This document shows positions 25,766 to 35,632 of a stretch of DNA of 64,000 bases, one piece after another (position 1 is the stretch's first letter; each line of letters begins with the position of its first letter). The DNA comes from Myxococcota bacterium (lineage in GTDB: Bacteria > Myxococcota_A > UBA9160 > UBA6930), in the NCBI GenBank assembly GCA_965223415.1, contig OZ245002.1:4800001-4864000 (forward strand). Direction: 5' to 3'. The translations under genes were made by a program, and so were the position numbers. The notes under the pieces are model-generated. The model saw only the letters and a program-made list of their open reading frames with translations. It was not told the DNA's origin and did not search any database.

Positions 25766-26212
25766 GTGAAACTCTCTTCCTGGACCCGGCGACTCGCGAT
25801 GCTCGCACTCGCCATGACCTTTGTGCTCGGTGCGGCGGGCAAGGCCTCGGCCGACGCCTACACGCTCAAGCGCTCCATCGAGAACATGACCCAGTGGCCG
25901 CTGGATCTGGCGCTCTCCCCGATCGTCGCGGGGCAGACGATCCGGAACAACATGGAATCGATCGGGGACTCGCCCGGCGTGCGCATGTTCTACCCGGTGC
26001 CCGGCTACTTCTGGAACGTCTTCGTCCAGGGCAGCACCAGCGTGCTCCGCGGGATCACCGGCGTGATCGAGCTGCCCATCGGCCTGGCGATCCTGCCCCT
26101 GGACGCGGAGTTCGATCCGATCTTCGACCCGGCCGACGAGCAGGACGCGCTGGTGGACTACGAAACCGACTTCTTCTGGGTGAAGTTCGGGATCACCTAC
26201 ACCAGCAACTAG
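25766..26212 (+). CDS. Exported hypothetical protein
   Basis: Signal peptide ..KASA-D; GC3-rich codon use; GTG start inferred. Confidence 0.65.
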   Translation: MKLSSWTRRLAMLALAMTFVLGAAGKASADAYTLKRSIENMTQWPLDLALSPIVAGQTIRNNMESIGDSPGVRMFYPVPGYFWNVFVQGSTSVLRGITGVIELPIGLAILPLDAEFDPIFDPADEQDALVDYETDFFWVKFGITYTSN

Positions 26213-26225
26213 GCGCCGAAGCCCT

Positions 26226-27224
26226 TCAGGACGCCCGAAGGGAGCCCCGGCTCTCTTCGGGCGTCTCGCGTTGGGGCGACGGCTCGCCCTCCTCCAGCCA
26301 CGCGGCGACGCTGCGCTCGATCGCCGCTCGCTCGTCCGGATGGAACCATCGGGCTCCGGCCACGCCGCGCATCCACGTGCGCTGGCGCCGTGCGAGCTGG
26401 CGCGTGTCGTGCTGCATCGCGGCCAGCACGTGGGCCAGGATCTCGCGGCCCTCGATCACCGGCTGCATGTGGCGGTAGCCGATGGCGCGCATCGAGGACA
26501 GCTCGGGGCCGTAGCCGCGCTCGCGGAGCGACCGCACCTCCTGCAGCAGGCCACCCGCGATCATCTCCTCGCAGCGCCGATCGATGCGCGCCACGAGCTC
26601 GTCGCGGCCGGGGTCGATGACCAGGTACAGGGCACGCTCCCGGTGCACCGGTCCCGCCCTCCGGACGGCGGACGCCGGCCGGCCGCTCGCCTGGGTGAGC
26701 TCGATGGCGCGGATCAGGCGCACCTGGTCGTTGGGGTGCAGTCGGCCCGCGCTCTCCGGATCGAGCTCCGCCAGACGCCGGTGGAGCGCCGTCGCGTCGC
26801 CCGCGTCCCGGGCGGCCCGATCGAAGGCCTCGAGCTCGGCCCGCAGCTCCGGATCCCGCGGCACCGAAGCCGGGAGCCCCTCGAGGAACGCCCGCACGTA
26901 GAGACCGGTCCCGCCGACCAGGAAGATCGGCCGGCCCCGTGCGCGGATGCGAGCGGCGGCCTCCCGGGCGTCCGCTTCGAAACGGGCCGCGTGGTACTGC
27001 ACCTCGGGCGTCACCACGTCGATGACATGATGGGGGACCCGCGCCCTCTCCTCGGCGCTCGGCTTCGCCGTGCCGACGTCCATGAAGCGGTAGACCTGCT
27101 GGGAATCCGCGTTCACGATCTCGCCGCCGAAGCGCAGCGCCAGCTCGATGGCGAGCGCGGTCTTGCCTGCGGCCGTGGGCCCGGCCACGACGACGAGATC
27201 GGGGAGGTTCGGCCGCGTCCGCAC
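26226..27224 (-). CDS. miaA: tRNA dimethylallyltransferase
   Basis: GPTAAGKT, DSQQVY..MDVGTAKP, VGGTGLY, AIGY, ARRQRTW. Confidence 0.95.
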   Translation of the reverse strand: MRTRPNLPDLVVVAGPTAAGKTALAIELALRFGGEIVNADSQQVYRFMDVGTAKPSAEERARVPHHVIDVVTPEVQYHAARFEADAREAAARIRARGRPIFLVGGTGLYVRAFLEGLPASVPRDPELRAELEAFDRAARDAGDATALHRRLAELDPESAGRLHPNDQVRLIRAIELTQASGRPASAVRRAGPVHRERALYLVIDPGRDELVARIDRRCEEMIAGGLLQEVRSLRERGYGPELSSMRAIGYRHMQPVIEGREILAHVLAAMQHDTRQLARRQRTWMRGVAGARWFHPDERAAIERSVAAWLEEGEPSPQRETPEESRGSLRAS

Positions 27225-27271
27225 GGCGCAGACGGTAGGCGTCGGACGCGCGCGCCGCGAGCGCGGCGCCC

Positions 27272-29188
27272 CTAACGTCGGCCGAAGCGACGCTCGATCT
27301 CGGCGATCGAGAGCGGCGTGGCGACCGGGCGTCCGTGGGGACAGGTCGGGGCCCACGGGATGGCGTCGAGGGCGTCGAGGAGCGCCCGCTGCTCGCCCTC
27401 CGGGAGCACATCGCCGGCCCGCCGCGCGGAGTGACAGGCGAGGGTGGCGAACAGGTGGTCGGCCGCATCGAGCACCCGCGTGCCGGGCTCGAGGGCCGTT
27501 CCTACCCGGTCGGCCTCTCGCAGCTCGTCGGCGAGCCCGCGCAGGAGGCCCAGGGGATCGCGGTCGGCGAGCAGCGCCGGAACCGCCCGGACCACCAGCG
27601 CGCTCTCGCCGAAGGCCTCCACCTCGAAGCCGAGAGCGAGGGTGAGCTCGGTGTGGGCGGCCACGACGGCGGCGGCCCCGGCCTCCATCTCCACCGTGGC
27701 CGGCACCAGCAGGGCCTGCCGCTCGACACCGCCCTCGAGCCAGGAGGCCCGCAGGTGCTCGTAGAGGACGCGTTCGTGGGCGGCATGCTGGTCGATCAGC
27801 AGGAGCCCCTCCTTGTCCTCGGCGAGCAGGTAGGTGCCAAGGAGCTGGCCGACCAGCCGCACGTCGGAGAAGCGAACCGGGCGCGTGTCGGCGACCGTCT
27901 CGTCGCCCGTCGAGGGCGGGGGCGAGGCGAAGAGCCAGTCGCCCGGCCCCGCGGCTACCCCGGGCAGCGTGCTCCCGGACGCCGGACGTCCGCCGTCGCG
28001 GATCGGACTTCTCGTCCCGGGCGACGGCTTCCACGGCGGCGACGAGACGCCCTCCCCTACGGTCGTCGCGCCGTCCGCGCGGTCCTCGGCGGCGAGCCAG
28101 CTGCGGCCCTCGATGGCGTCGCGCACGGTGCGGCGGATCAGCTGGTGCACCGCCTGGGGGTCGGAGAAGCGAACCTCCCACTTGGCGGGGTGGACGTTCA
28201 CGTCCACCAGCTCTGGGCCCACCTCCAGGAAGAGGATCGCGCTGGGGAACCGGCCGCGAGGCAGGATATCCCGATACACCTGGAGCAGGGCGTGGCGCAG
28301 CAGGCGATCGCGCACGGGGCGATCGTTCACGAACAGGTGGATCCCGGCGCCGGTCGCCCGGTGGTGCTCCGGCCCTGAGACCAGCGCGCGGAGGGCGAGG
28401 TCTCCGTGATCCCGCTCCGCGGCCACCAAGCCGGCGGCGACCTCTTCGCCGAGCACGGCGGCCGCGCGATCGAGGCGGTCCTCGCAGGCGGGCCAGGCCA
28501 GGGCCGGCCGATCGTCGCGCTGGACGTCGAAGTGGATGGCCGGGAGCGCGAGGGCGGCGCGGGCCAGCCAGTCGCTGATGTGTCCCCACTCGGTGGAGGC
28601 GCGCTTCAGGAACTTGCGGCGGGCCGGAACGCCCTCGAACAGGTCCGCGACCTCGACCCGGGTGCCCTCGGACCCGCCGGCGGCCCGCTCCTCCACCAGG
28701 ACGCCCCGCTCGACGCGGAGCTCACAGCCCTCTTCCGCTCCCCGGGCCCGGGTGCGCAGCCGGAGGCGCGAGACGGAGGCGATCGCCGGCAGCGCCTCGC
28801 CGCGGAACCCGAAGCTCCGGACGCCCTGGAGGTCGCCGAGCTCTCGCAGCTTGCTGGTGGCGTGGCGCTCGAGGGCGAGTCGGGCGTCTGCCCGGGTCAT
28901 GCCGCGGCCGTCGTCGGTGACGGCGACGAGCCGGGCTCCGCCGTCGCGGATCTCGACCCGGATGCGCCGTGCTCCCGCGTCGACCGCGTTCTCGACCAGC
29001 TCCTTCACCACCGAGGCCGGGCGCTCGACGACCTCGCCTGCGGCGATCTGGTCCACCAGGGCGCTGGGCAGCCGCTGGACAGGGGCCGACCTCCCGGGCG
29101 ACGTCCCCTGGCGACCCGAATGCGAGGCGTCTGCGGAAGTCCCCTCCTCCGCTAGCCTCGGAGAGGGCTTCTGGGGCCCCTGAGACAC
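27272..29188 (-). CDS. mutL: DNA mismatch repair protein MutL
   Basis: QIAAGEVVERPASVVKELVEN, GFRGEAL, VNVHPAK, DQHAAHER, CPHGRP; start uncertain. Confidence 0.96.
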   Translation of the reverse strand: MSQGPQKPSPRLAEEGTSADASHSGRQGTSPGRSAPVQRLPSALVDQIAAGEVVERPASVVKELVENAVDAGARRIRVEIRDGGARLVAVTDDGRGMTRADARLALERHATSKLRELGDLQGVRSFGFRGEALPAIASVSRLRLRTRARGAEEGCELRVERGVLVEERAAGGSEGTRVEVADLFEGVPARRKFLKRASTEWGHISDWLARAALALPAIHFDVQRDDRPALAWPACEDRLDRAAAVLGEEVAAGLVAAERDHGDLALRALVSGPEHHRATGAGIHLFVNDRPVRDRLLRHALLQVYRDILPRGRFPSAILFLEVGPELVDVNVHPAKWEVRFSDPQAVHQLIRRTVRDAIEGRSWLAAEDRADGATTVGEGVSSPPWKPSPGTRSPIRDGGRPASGSTLPGVAAGPGDWLFASPPPSTGDETVADTRPVRFSDVRLVGQLLGTYLLAEDKEGLLLIDQHAAHERVLYEHLRASWLEGGVERQALLVPATVEMEAGAAAVVAAHTELTLALGFEVEAFGESALVVRAVPALLADRDPLGLLRGLADELREADRVGTALEPGTRVLDAADHLFATLACHSARRAGDVLPEGEQRALLDALDAIPWAPTCPHGRPVATPLSIAEIERRFGRR

Positions 29189-29376
29189 GCTCGTCCCCCC
29201 GGAGAGCGAGTGTGCCTGGGGGGTCCTCCCCCGTCAACTCGCAAATTGGTTGACAATCCTCTCGGTTTTCCAATAGTTTTGCCGTCCGTGGGAGGGGTGG
29301 CCAGATGACCAGTATGACGACCCGGATCCATGGGGCGGACACCGACCGCACCGGGACGAGGGGTGAAGACCAGGCG

Positions 29377-30309
29377 ATGCAGTCGGAGCCTGCAGGGCGA
29401 AGGCGCGAGGATCGGATCGTGGGCGCCAGCGAGGCCACGCGGCGACTCATCGCCCAGGCGACGGCGGCCGCGCGCAGCGACCTGCCGGTGTGGCTCGTCG
29501 GCCCTCCCGGCTCGGACATGGAGCTGGTCGCCCGGGCCATCCACAGCTGGGGCCCGCGCGGCTCCCGGGAGCTGGAGGTGTTGGTGTGCAGCGCCATCCC
29601 GGAGGCCCTCCAGGGTCGCGAGCTGTTCGGCTGCGGGGCCGGCGTGTATCCGGCCGTCCCCGGCGAGTATGCCGGCGCTCTCGAGCGCGGTGCCGGGAGC
29701 AGCCTGCTCCTGCTCGACATCGAGGCCCTGCGCAGCGAAGTGCTCCAGAGCCTCCTGCGCGCCGTCTCGGGCCGCAGCTTCCGCCGCGAAGGGGATGCCA
29801 CCGACCGGCCGCTGAGCGCGCGCATGATCGCAGCGGGCAACGGCACCGTGGCGGCACCGGCCGGCGACGGGGCGGGCCACGAGATCCGCATCCCCGCCCT
29901 TTCCGAGCGGCGCGAGGACATTCTGCCCCTGGCCGCCCACTACCTGCGTGCCTTCTCCGAGGAGGCGGGCGTGACCCCGGTAGGCTTCACCGCCGACGCC
30001 CGGGCGTGCCTGGAGACCGAGCTCTTCCCCGGCGACGTGGCGGAGCTGCGCGAGCGGGTCCGCCAGGCCATCGCCCTGTCGGCCGGTGGCGCCCTTTCCG
30101 CCGAGGCGCTGATGCTCGCGAAGGACGCGGAGGAAGTGCCCTCCTTCAAGGAAGCCAAGCGCGCCTTCGAGACCCGCTACGTGGTGGGCCTGCTGCGCCG
30201 CTGCCGCGGCAACATCAGCCGGGCGGCGCGCCTGGCCAAGAAGGACCGCAAGGACTTCTACGACGTGATCCGTCGCACCGGCGTCGACCCCTCGGAGTTC
30301 CGCCCCTAG
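29377..30309 (+). CDS. Degenerate sigma-54 activator-like AAA+ domain with Fis-type HTH
   Basis: LPVWLVG...ELVARAIH, ELFG, IPALSERREDI, FPGDVAEL, GNISRAARLA; GAFTGA and Walker motifs altered; alternative start 29305. Confidence 0.75.
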   Translation: MQSEPAGRRREDRIVGASEATRRLIAQATAAARSDLPVWLVGPPGSDMELVARAIHSWGPRGSRELEVLVCSAIPEALQGRELFGCGAGVYPAVPGEYAGALERGAGSSLLLLDIEALRSEVLQSLLRAVSGRSFRREGDATDRPLSARMIAAGNGTVAAPAGDGAGHEIRIPALSERREDILPLAAHYLRAFSEEAGVTPVGFTADARACLETELFPGDVAELRERVRQAIALSAGGALSAEALMLAKDAEEVPSFKEAKRAFETRYVVGLLRRCRGNISRAARLAKKDRKDFYDVIRRTGVDPSEFRP

Positions 30310-30311
30310 AA

Positions 30312-30392
30312 AACGCAAGAGTGGGGACGTTCCTTGCATCTTGCGTTCTCTCGAAGAACGCAAGATGCAAGGAACGTCCCCACTCTTGCGTT
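30312..30392. repeat. Perfect palindrome, 38-bp arms with 5-nt loop, between convergent genes
   Basis: AACGCAAGAGTGGGGACGTTCCTTGCATCTTGCGTTCT-CTCGA-exact reverse complement. Confidence 0.95.
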
Positions 30393-30413
30393 CGCGATCT
30401 TGGGTTCTTGGCG

Positions 30414-31781
30414 TCAGACGGTCCACTCGGGCGGGGCGGCGGCTTCGATGGTGGCGCGCTCGTCCTCGTAGCCCTCCCGGCCGATGAGGGCGAAGGCGGC
30501 GACTTTGCCGTCCTCGACGCCGGGCTGGTCGTAGGCGTTCACGCCGTAGAGGGCGGCCTGGTAGGCGGTCTGGGTCTCGAACGCGACGAGGAGCTGGCCG
30601 AGTCCGGACGGCGCGATCTCCGGCAGGCGCCAGGCGAGCGAGGGACGCCCGGCCCGCGCGAGGGCCACGGCCGTGCCGCGCTGCTCGGCCCGCAGCAGCG
30701 CACCCAGCTCGACGCCGTCGAGGTAGCCGGCGGGACCGTCGCCGGGGATCCGCAGCCCACGGCGATCGGAGTCGGTGCTCACGAAGCACACCAGCTTGTC
30801 CGGCGGCCCTGCGACGAAGAGCTGCACCTGGGAGTGCTGGTCCGTGGTCCCCCTCGCCGGAAGCGGCGTCGGGCCGACCCCGCGCCGCCCCTTCCGCTTG
30901 CCCAGGCTCTCGCCGCAGAGCTGCACGTACCAGCGGGCGAGCGGCTCGAGCGCATCGGCGTAGGGCATCATCACCTGCACGGGCTTGCCCTTGCGCTCCG
31001 CCATCAGGAAGGACACGGCCGCCGCCACGGCCGCCGGGTTCTCGGCGAGAGCCGCCTTGGAGAGCCTCCGCGCCATGCGCCGTCCGCCGGCCACGAGTCC
31101 CTCCACGTCCACCCCGGCCACCGCCGGCGTGAACAGACCGCTGCTGGTGAGGGCCGAGAAGCGCCCGCCGACCTCGTCCGGGAAGGGCAGGATGGGCATG
31201 CCCGCCTCTCGGGCCACGCGCTCGAGCGCGCCCCGACCGGTCGTCGCCACGCAATGCCGCTGCCAGCCGGCACCTACGCGCCGTTCGAGAGCCGCCCGCA
31301 CGATCTGGAAGCCCGCCGCGGTCTCCACCGTGCTGCCGGATTTCGACACCACGTGCACGAGGGCCTTGCGCAGGTCCACCCACTCGAGCAGCGCCCCCAG
31401 GCTCTCCGGGTCGACGTTGTCGACGAAGTGCAGCCGCGGCCCGCCGCGACGCTTCCTGGGCAGCAGGTTGTGCTGCGGGTGGGCAAGCGCGCGCGCGATC
31501 GCCTCGGCGCCGAGGGACGACCCGCCGATTCCGATGTGGATCAGGTCCTCGAAGCCCCGCCGGCGCTGACGTGCCGCCTCGCGGACGATGCCCTGCAGGA
31601 GCGCTCGCCGTCCGAGGACGCGCAGGAACCCGGAGGGCGCCTCTCTTCCAAGGAGCTCCGGCACGACGGGCGCGAGCCTCGGAAGGACCCGTGTGACCTC
31701 GCCACGGGACACGCCGTGGGCGCGCTCGAGCGGCGGGGCCAGCGCACCGCCGACCTCGAGACGAATGTCCTCTCTGCTCAT
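30414..31781 (-). CDS. pgi: Glucose-6-phosphate isomerase
   Basis: GIGGSSLG, SKSGSTVET, VGGRFS, DQHSQ, YDQPGVE.GK. Confidence 0.93.
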   Translation of the reverse strand: MSREDIRLEVGGALAPPLERAHGVSRGEVTRVLPRLAPVVPELLGREAPSGFLRVLGRRALLQGIVREAARQRRRGFEDLIHIGIGGSSLGAEAIARALAHPQHNLLPRKRRGGPRLHFVDNVDPESLGALLEWVDLRKALVHVVSKSGSTVETAAGFQIVRAALERRVGAGWQRHCVATTGRGALERVAREAGMPILPFPDEVGGRFSALTSSGLFTPAVAGVDVEGLVAGGRRMARRLSKAALAENPAAVAAAVSFLMAERKGKPVQVMMPYADALEPLARWYVQLCGESLGKRKGRRGVGPTPLPARGTTDQHSQVQLFVAGPPDKLVCFVSTDSDRRGLRIPGDGPAGYLDGVELGALLRAEQRGTAVALARAGRPSLAWRLPEIAPSGLGQLLVAFETQTAYQAALYGVNAYDQPGVEDGKVAAFALIGREGYEDERATIEAAAPPEWTV

Positions 31782-31811
31782 GCTCCCCCCGCCTCGTGTA
31801 GCATGCCCGCC

Positions 31812-32615
31812 ATGCTGCGGGTGGGCGTCCTCCAGATGCGCTCCACCGACGACCTCGCGGGCAACCTCGCCGCCGCCGAGGCGCTGGTGGACGAGGCGGC
31901 GCGCGGCGGCGCATCCTGGATCGCGTTGCCGGAAAACTTCGCTTATCTGCGGCGGGAAGGCACGCCGTTCCCCTGCGCCCAGGGCGTGGACGGCGAGATC
32001 CTCGGAGCCGCGGCCGACTGGGCACGTCGCCACGGCGTGTGGCTCCTCGCCGGGACCTTCCCCGAGGCGGCCGGGGGGGAGCGCGTGTTCAACACGAGCG
32101 TGCTGCTCTCGCCCGAAGGCACGCGGGTGGCGGTCTACCGCAAGATCCACCTCTTCGACGTGGACCTGTCCGACCAGGGCGGCGACCCGTACCAGGAGTC
32201 CGCCACGATCGCCGCTGGCGACGAGCCGGTCCTCGCCCAGACCCCGTTCGGCCCGGTCGGCCTCTCGGTCTGCTACGACCTGCGCTTCCCGGAGCTCTAC
32301 CGCCGCTATACCGCGGAAGGCGCCCGCTTCCTCACGGTGCCCTCCGCCTTCGCCCGGGAGACCGGCAAGGATCACTGGGAGGTGCTGCTGCGGGCCCGGG
32401 CGGTCGAGAACCAGTGCTTCGTGCTGGCGCCCGCCCAATGGGGCGCTCACGGTCCCGAGCGCTCGAGTTACGGGCGGGCGATGGTCGTGGACCCCTGGGG
32501 CCTGGTGCTGGCTCGCGCGCCGGATCGGCCCTGCGTCCTTCTGGCCGATTGCGACCTCGAGGCCCAGGACCGCATCCGCAAGGCCCTGCCCTGCCTCCGG
32601 CACCGGCGCCTCTGA
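31812..32615 (+). CDS. Carbon-nitrogen hydrolase (Nit1/YbeM-like)
   Basis: LPENF, YRKIHLFD, CYDLRFPE, RARAVENQ, DPWG. Confidence 0.9.
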   Translation: MLRVGVLQMRSTDDLAGNLAAAEALVDEAARGGASWIALPENFAYLRREGTPFPCAQGVDGEILGAAADWARRHGVWLLAGTFPEAAGGERVFNTSVLLSPEGTRVAVYRKIHLFDVDLSDQGGDPYQESATIAAGDEPVLAQTPFGPVGLSVCYDLRFPELYRRYTAEGARFLTVPSAFARETGKDHWEVLLRARAVENQCFVLAPAQWGAHGPERSSYGRAMVVDPWGLVLARAPDRPCVLLADCDLEAQDRIRKALPCLRHRRL

Positions 32616-32621
32616 GGCCTC

Positions 32622-32649
32622 TCAAGCGGGCCCGCTGGCGATCCGATGA
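32622..32649 (+). promoter_or_regulatory. Sigma-28-like promoter
   Basis: TCAAG-N15-TCCGATGA upstream of the FHA gene and wza. Confidence 0.5.
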
Positions 32650-32680
32650 CTCCCAGGGCCCGCGTGGCCGGGGGGGATGT

Positions 32681-33004
32681 GTGTCTTCGAGACCGCACGC
32701 CAAGCTGCAGATCCTGAACGGTGGGTTCGAGGGGATGACCTACGAGCTGGCCGACGAGGAGACGCTGATCGGTCGCAACCCGACGACCGACATCACGCTG
32801 CTCGACGAGGGAATCAGCCGCGAGCACGCCCTCGTGGTCTACGACGGGGAGACCTGCGAGTTCTCCATCGAGGATCTCCAGTCCACGAACGGCACCAAGG
32901 TGAACGGCAAGGGCGTCCGCTCCGCGCCGCTCGCGGACGGCGACGAGGTGACCATCGGCCACACCGTCTTCCGCTTCGAGCTCGCGGGATCCGATGCCGG
33001 TTAG
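32681..33004 (+). CDS. Stand-alone FHA domain protein
   Basis: IGR, ISREHA, DLQSTNGTKVNG. Confidence 0.88.
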   Translation: MSSRPHAKLQILNGGFEGMTYELADEETLIGRNPTTDITLLDEGISREHALVVYDGETCEFSIEDLQSTNGTKVNGKGVRSAPLADGDEVTIGHTVFRFELAGSDAG

Positions 33005-33053
33005 CCCTGCCCCGAGCCGAGGGGTATACCCCCACCCAGGAACGGAGGGTCCC

Positions 33054-33752
33054 ATGGTTTCGCTCGACACCCGGTCGTGGCTGCTCGTCACCCTGCTCGC
33101 CCTCGGGCTCGCTCCCGGGCTGGCCGGCTGCGCCTCCACCGCCGGTCCGCCGCCCACCGCCGAGGCCGGGAGGCCGTACCGCATCGGCCCCCCGGATCAG
33201 CTCGTGATCACGATCCTTCCGGCGCCGGAGATCCAACGCCAGGTCACGGTCCGGCCGGACGGCATGATCTCCATCGACCTGGTCGGCGACATCCCGGCCG
33301 CGGGACGGACCCCGGACGAGGTCGCCCACGACATCGAGCAGCGCATCGGCCGCTTCAAGCGCGACGCGGTGGTGACCGTCGCCCTCACCCAGTCCCTGAG
33401 CACCGAGATCACGGTCCTCGGCGAGGTGGGCCGCCCGTCGACCTTCCCGCTCTCTCGGGAGACCCGCCTGGTGGAGGCCCTGGGCACCGTGGGGGGTCCG
33501 CGTCCCTACGCGAACAAGGACGCCATCCGCATCATCCGCTTCGTGGACGGACAGACGAAGATCTTCCAGTGCGATCTCGCCGCCATCGAGAAGGGCGACC
33601 TCTCGACCAACTACCTGCTCCAGGGCGGCGACGTCATCGTCGTGCCGCCGACGTTCATCGCCCGGGTGGGCTATGCGCTGCAGAGCCTGCTCTTTCCCTT
33701 CCAGCAGGTCTTCGGCGCGACACGGAACGTCACCGGCGGCGGGGTGCTCTGA
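33054..33752 (+). CDS. wza: Polysaccharide export lipoprotein (OPX/Wza-like)
   Basis: Lipobox LAGC, YRIGPPD, VRPDGMIS, VLGEVGRP, LQGGDVIVVP. Confidence 0.85.
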   Translation: MVSLDTRSWLLVTLLALGLAPGLAGCASTAGPPPTAEAGRPYRIGPPDQLVITILPAPEIQRQVTVRPDGMISIDLVGDIPAAGRTPDEVAHDIEQRIGRFKRDAVVTVALTQSLSTEITVLGEVGRPSTFPLSRETRLVEALGTVGGPRPYANKDAIRIIRFVDGQTKIFQCDLAAIEKGDLSTNYLLQGGDVIVVPPTFIARVGYALQSLLFPFQQVFGATRNVTGGGVL

Positions 33753-33756
33753 TCGC

Positions 33757-35172
33757 CTAGCGACCCGTGCCCCGCAGCACGGCGGGGATCGTGCGAAGCA
33801 GGATTCGCACGTCGTTGCCGAGCGACCAGGTGTCGATGTACTCGAGGTCCATCCGCACCCACTCGTCGAACTTGCTCACGTCGTTGCGTCCGCCGACCTG
33901 CCAGGAGCAGGTGAGCCCGGGGCGCATGGAGAGGCGCCGGCGCTCGAAGGTCTCGTACTGGGCCACCTCGTGGGGAAGCGGCGGGCGCGGCCCGACGAGG
34001 CTCATGTCGCCCTTCAGCACGTTCCAGAGCTGGGGCAGCTCGTCGATGCTGTAGCGGCGCAGGAAGCGACCCACCCGCGTGACGCGCGGATCGTCCTGGA
34101 GCTTGAACACGGGCCCGTCCATCTCGTTCAGGTGGGCCAGGCTCTCCTGCTGCTGCTCGGCGTCGTCGCACATGGTGCGGAGCTTCAGCAGCGAGAACTG
34201 CCGCCCGTTGAGCCCGCTGCGCAGCTGCCGGAAGAGGATCGGGCCCGAAGAGGTGGCGCGGATGACGAGCCCCGCCGCGCCGATCACCGGCGCCGTCGCC
34301 AGGAGCAGGAAGCCGGCTCCGGCGAAATCGAGAGCGCGCTTGACGAGCAGGCGGCTCGCGCTGTGGTGCACCGGAGCGAAGCGCAGGGACGCGAGGGAGC
34401 CGAAACGGGTCACCTCGGGCGGCGGCAGATAGTCGCCGAAGATGTCCGCCAGCAGGGTGAAGGGAATGCCGGCGCTCCCGCAGGCGGCGACCACCGGCAG
34501 GAGCTCCGTCAGCATGGAGCGCGGACAGGCGATGATCACGTCGTCGATCACCTGGTCCCGGAGCAGCTGGGGCATGTCGATCAGCTTGTGGCAGCGGTCC
34601 GCCGGGATGTCCGCGTCGACCGGCGGGTCCTCGTCGTCGATGAAGCCGACGATGCGCAGGCCCCACTCCGGGTGGGTCCGCACCAGCTCCTGCACGGCGG
34701 CGGCCCGGGGCCCGGAGCCGACGATCAGCACGTGGCGGGTGTTGCGTCCCAGGCGCCGCAGGCCCCGAAGGGTGCCGAGGATGGCCAGACGCTCGGCGGC
34801 CAGCAGGCCGAACTGGACGAGGCCGAACAGCAACGGGAAGCGGGGCCCGACCGGCGCCTTCAAGGCGAAGGCGGTCGCGGTGAGCAGCAGCGTGGCGATG
34901 GTGCCGGCCACCACCAGCCGTGTCAGCACCTTGTCCAGGGGCATCATCCGCTGGGACTCGTAGAGCCCCAGCTGCTGCAGCGTCAGGGGCCAGGCGAGGC
35001 AGGCCACGAGGGCCGTGACCAGCAGCCGGCCCGTGATCACCCACTCGGCCCCGGCATTGAGGCCGCTCACCGTGGGGAAGGCGAAGAAGAAGCCCAGCAG
35101 GATCGCCGCGGAGAGGGCGACGTCCAGGGTGACGAGGAGAGTGTGGAGTCGCCCGCCCTGGTTCTTCAGCAC
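33757..35172 (-). CDS. Priming polyprenyl-phosphate sugar transferase (WcaJ/CpsE family)
   Basis: KRALD, KLRTM, DPRVTRVG..LRRYSIDELPQLWNVLKGDMSLVGPRP; RBS GAGGAG. Confidence 0.92.
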   Translation of the reverse strand: MLKNQGGRLHTLLVTLDVALSAAILLGFFFAFPTVSGLNAGAEWVITGRLLVTALVACLAWPLTLQQLGLYESQRMMPLDKVLTRLVVAGTIATLLLTATAFALKAPVGPRFPLLFGLVQFGLLAAERLAILGTLRGLRRLGRNTRHVLIVGSGPRAAAVQELVRTHPEWGLRIVGFIDDEDPPVDADIPADRCHKLIDMPQLLRDQVIDDVIIACPRSMLTELLPVVAACGSAGIPFTLLADIFGDYLPPPEVTRFGSLASLRFAPVHHSASRLLVKRALDFAGAGFLLLATAPVIGAAGLVIRATSSGPILFRQLRSGLNGRQFSLLKLRTMCDDAEQQQESLAHLNEMDGPVFKLQDDPRVTRVGRFLRRYSIDELPQLWNVLKGDMSLVGPRPPLPHEVAQYETFERRRLSMRPGLTCSWQVGGRNDVSKFDEWVRMDLEYIDTWSLGNDVRILLRTIPAVLRGTGR

Positions 35173-35632
35173 TGCCACTCCTCTCGCCCGGCGCACGGCC
35201 GCAGAGAGCGACTGCTACCGATAGATGAGTGGCCTCGAAGCCCCCCCTGGTGTCCCGGGAAAAGGGACCCGGTGTTCCACTTCATGGACGGCACACCCCG
35301 CGGGGAACTGGGGCGCGGCGGAACAGCTACGGCGGCGGCGGGTTCCCTCCGGGAACCCAACGAACTCGGCATCGCGATCCTTCGAGAGCGTGAGGACTCG
35401 CCTGTGCGAGACCCAGCGGCCACCTGGACCTTCGATGAATACACGATTTCCCGGAACGATTCGAGAAAAACCCTAACCCGGCGAGGGGAATCCCCACCTC
35501 TTGCTGTTTTTCGCAGAGCCCCCAAGCTCACCTGGCAATCCAGGCGCGCGGAGGGGAACCTTCACTCCTCCCAGAGTCACGCCGAAGAGACCGAAGTCTT
35601 CCTCCACCGCCGGGAACCGAGGCACCCGCTGC

